A stretch of DNA of 62,877 bases, the filler included, from Octopus bimaculoides (taxonomy: Eukaryota), in assembly GCF_001194135.2 (NCBI RefSeq). It is 8 parts of 7 records of this genome, joined end to end, with 100 filler letters (N's around TTAATTAATTAA, not from the genome) between each part and the next. Parts side by side here need not be neighbours in the genome. Positions count along the whole stretch, not along the records: positions 60,804 to 62,877 come from NC_068985.1; 7 more parts are not named here. One strand, written 5' to 3'. Of the stretch, positions 62,240 to 62,877 are shown in pieces (position 1 is the stretch's first letter; every line of letters starts with the position of its first letter). Position numbers and translations under genes: made by a program. The notes beneath the pieces are model-generated. The model did no database searches and was not told where the DNA came from. It saw nothing but the letters and a program-made list of their open reading frames with translations.

Positions 62240-62877
62240 GGACACACACATGTCTATATAAATCGACTCATCTATAGAAAATCATATACATATACTTATT
62301 TACCCATAACTAACATTACACATTTCATATTGCACAATAAGGACAATGAGCTACTCAATTGCTTTTCACAGAGCATAAGGTTACAGAGTACAATGCAGAT
62401 ATTCTAACGTCATATTCGATTTATTGAATGTCTACATTATGACATAGCTTACTTCAAGAAGAAACTTGCATGCGAGATTGTCAAATGGAAATACAAATTA
62501 ACCGTGTATGTGTGCGTATGTGTGTGTGCAAATATGTCTGGAAGTTTTCATGTATATGTGTGCATATGCAGGTATGTATGTATGTATATGTGCATATATA
62601 TATATATATATATATATAGCATACCCTCCAATAATAATAACTCACCCACCAGCATACGCAACCCTCTAGCCTCCTACTGTCGCTCCGGGACTATCTGTCC
62701 GCTTCAAACACATTGCGTAAGATACAACGTAATATATAAATGCACCGTGAGAAATCTATTACATAACTCTACTGCTACATACATAGGTGCAACTAAAAAC
62801 GTCAAACATCGCTACGCAGCCCATTTGCACTCTTTTAGATACGACAAACACAGTAAATCTACAACATTAGCCAATCA

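Overview
AT-rich, microsatellite-saturated eukaryotic draft sequence. It is inferred to be a coleoid cephalopod, most likely Octopus, from the style of its tRNA-derived SINEs and its repeat load; this cannot be proven from the window. The window is not one continuous locus. Seven identical 100-bp spacers (N44-TTAATTAATTAA-N44) join eight pieces: 1-5035, 5136-12282, 12383-30922, 31023-43724, 43825-52452, 52553-57514, 57615-60703 and 60804-62877. I recognise no host protein-coding gene, and most long ORFs in the supplied track are N-gap or microsatellite artefacts. The sequence is mainly decayed mobile DNA: two Ty3/Gypsy LTR elements, a cluster of R4/Dong-like RLE LINEs at (TAA)n, Tx1/L1-like 3' ends, an RTE ORF2 fragment and RTE-like tails, Penelope-like (PLE) RT and GIY-YIG fragments, hAT and mariner remnants, a Helitron, at least four tRNA-derived SINE types, and several foldback or MITE-like hairpins. 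Best leads: (1) a type I hammerhead ribozyme fold downstream of the PLE GIY-YIG domain, plus several further hammerhead-like motifs, one of them at the axis of a palindrome; (2) a MITE-like foldback carrying a tRNA-Thr(CGT)-like Pol III cassette; (3) a perfect 11-bp minisatellite apparently amplified from a SINE head; (4) short head-to-head telomere-like repeats; (5) an isolated CpG-rich segment with a strong splice acceptor.
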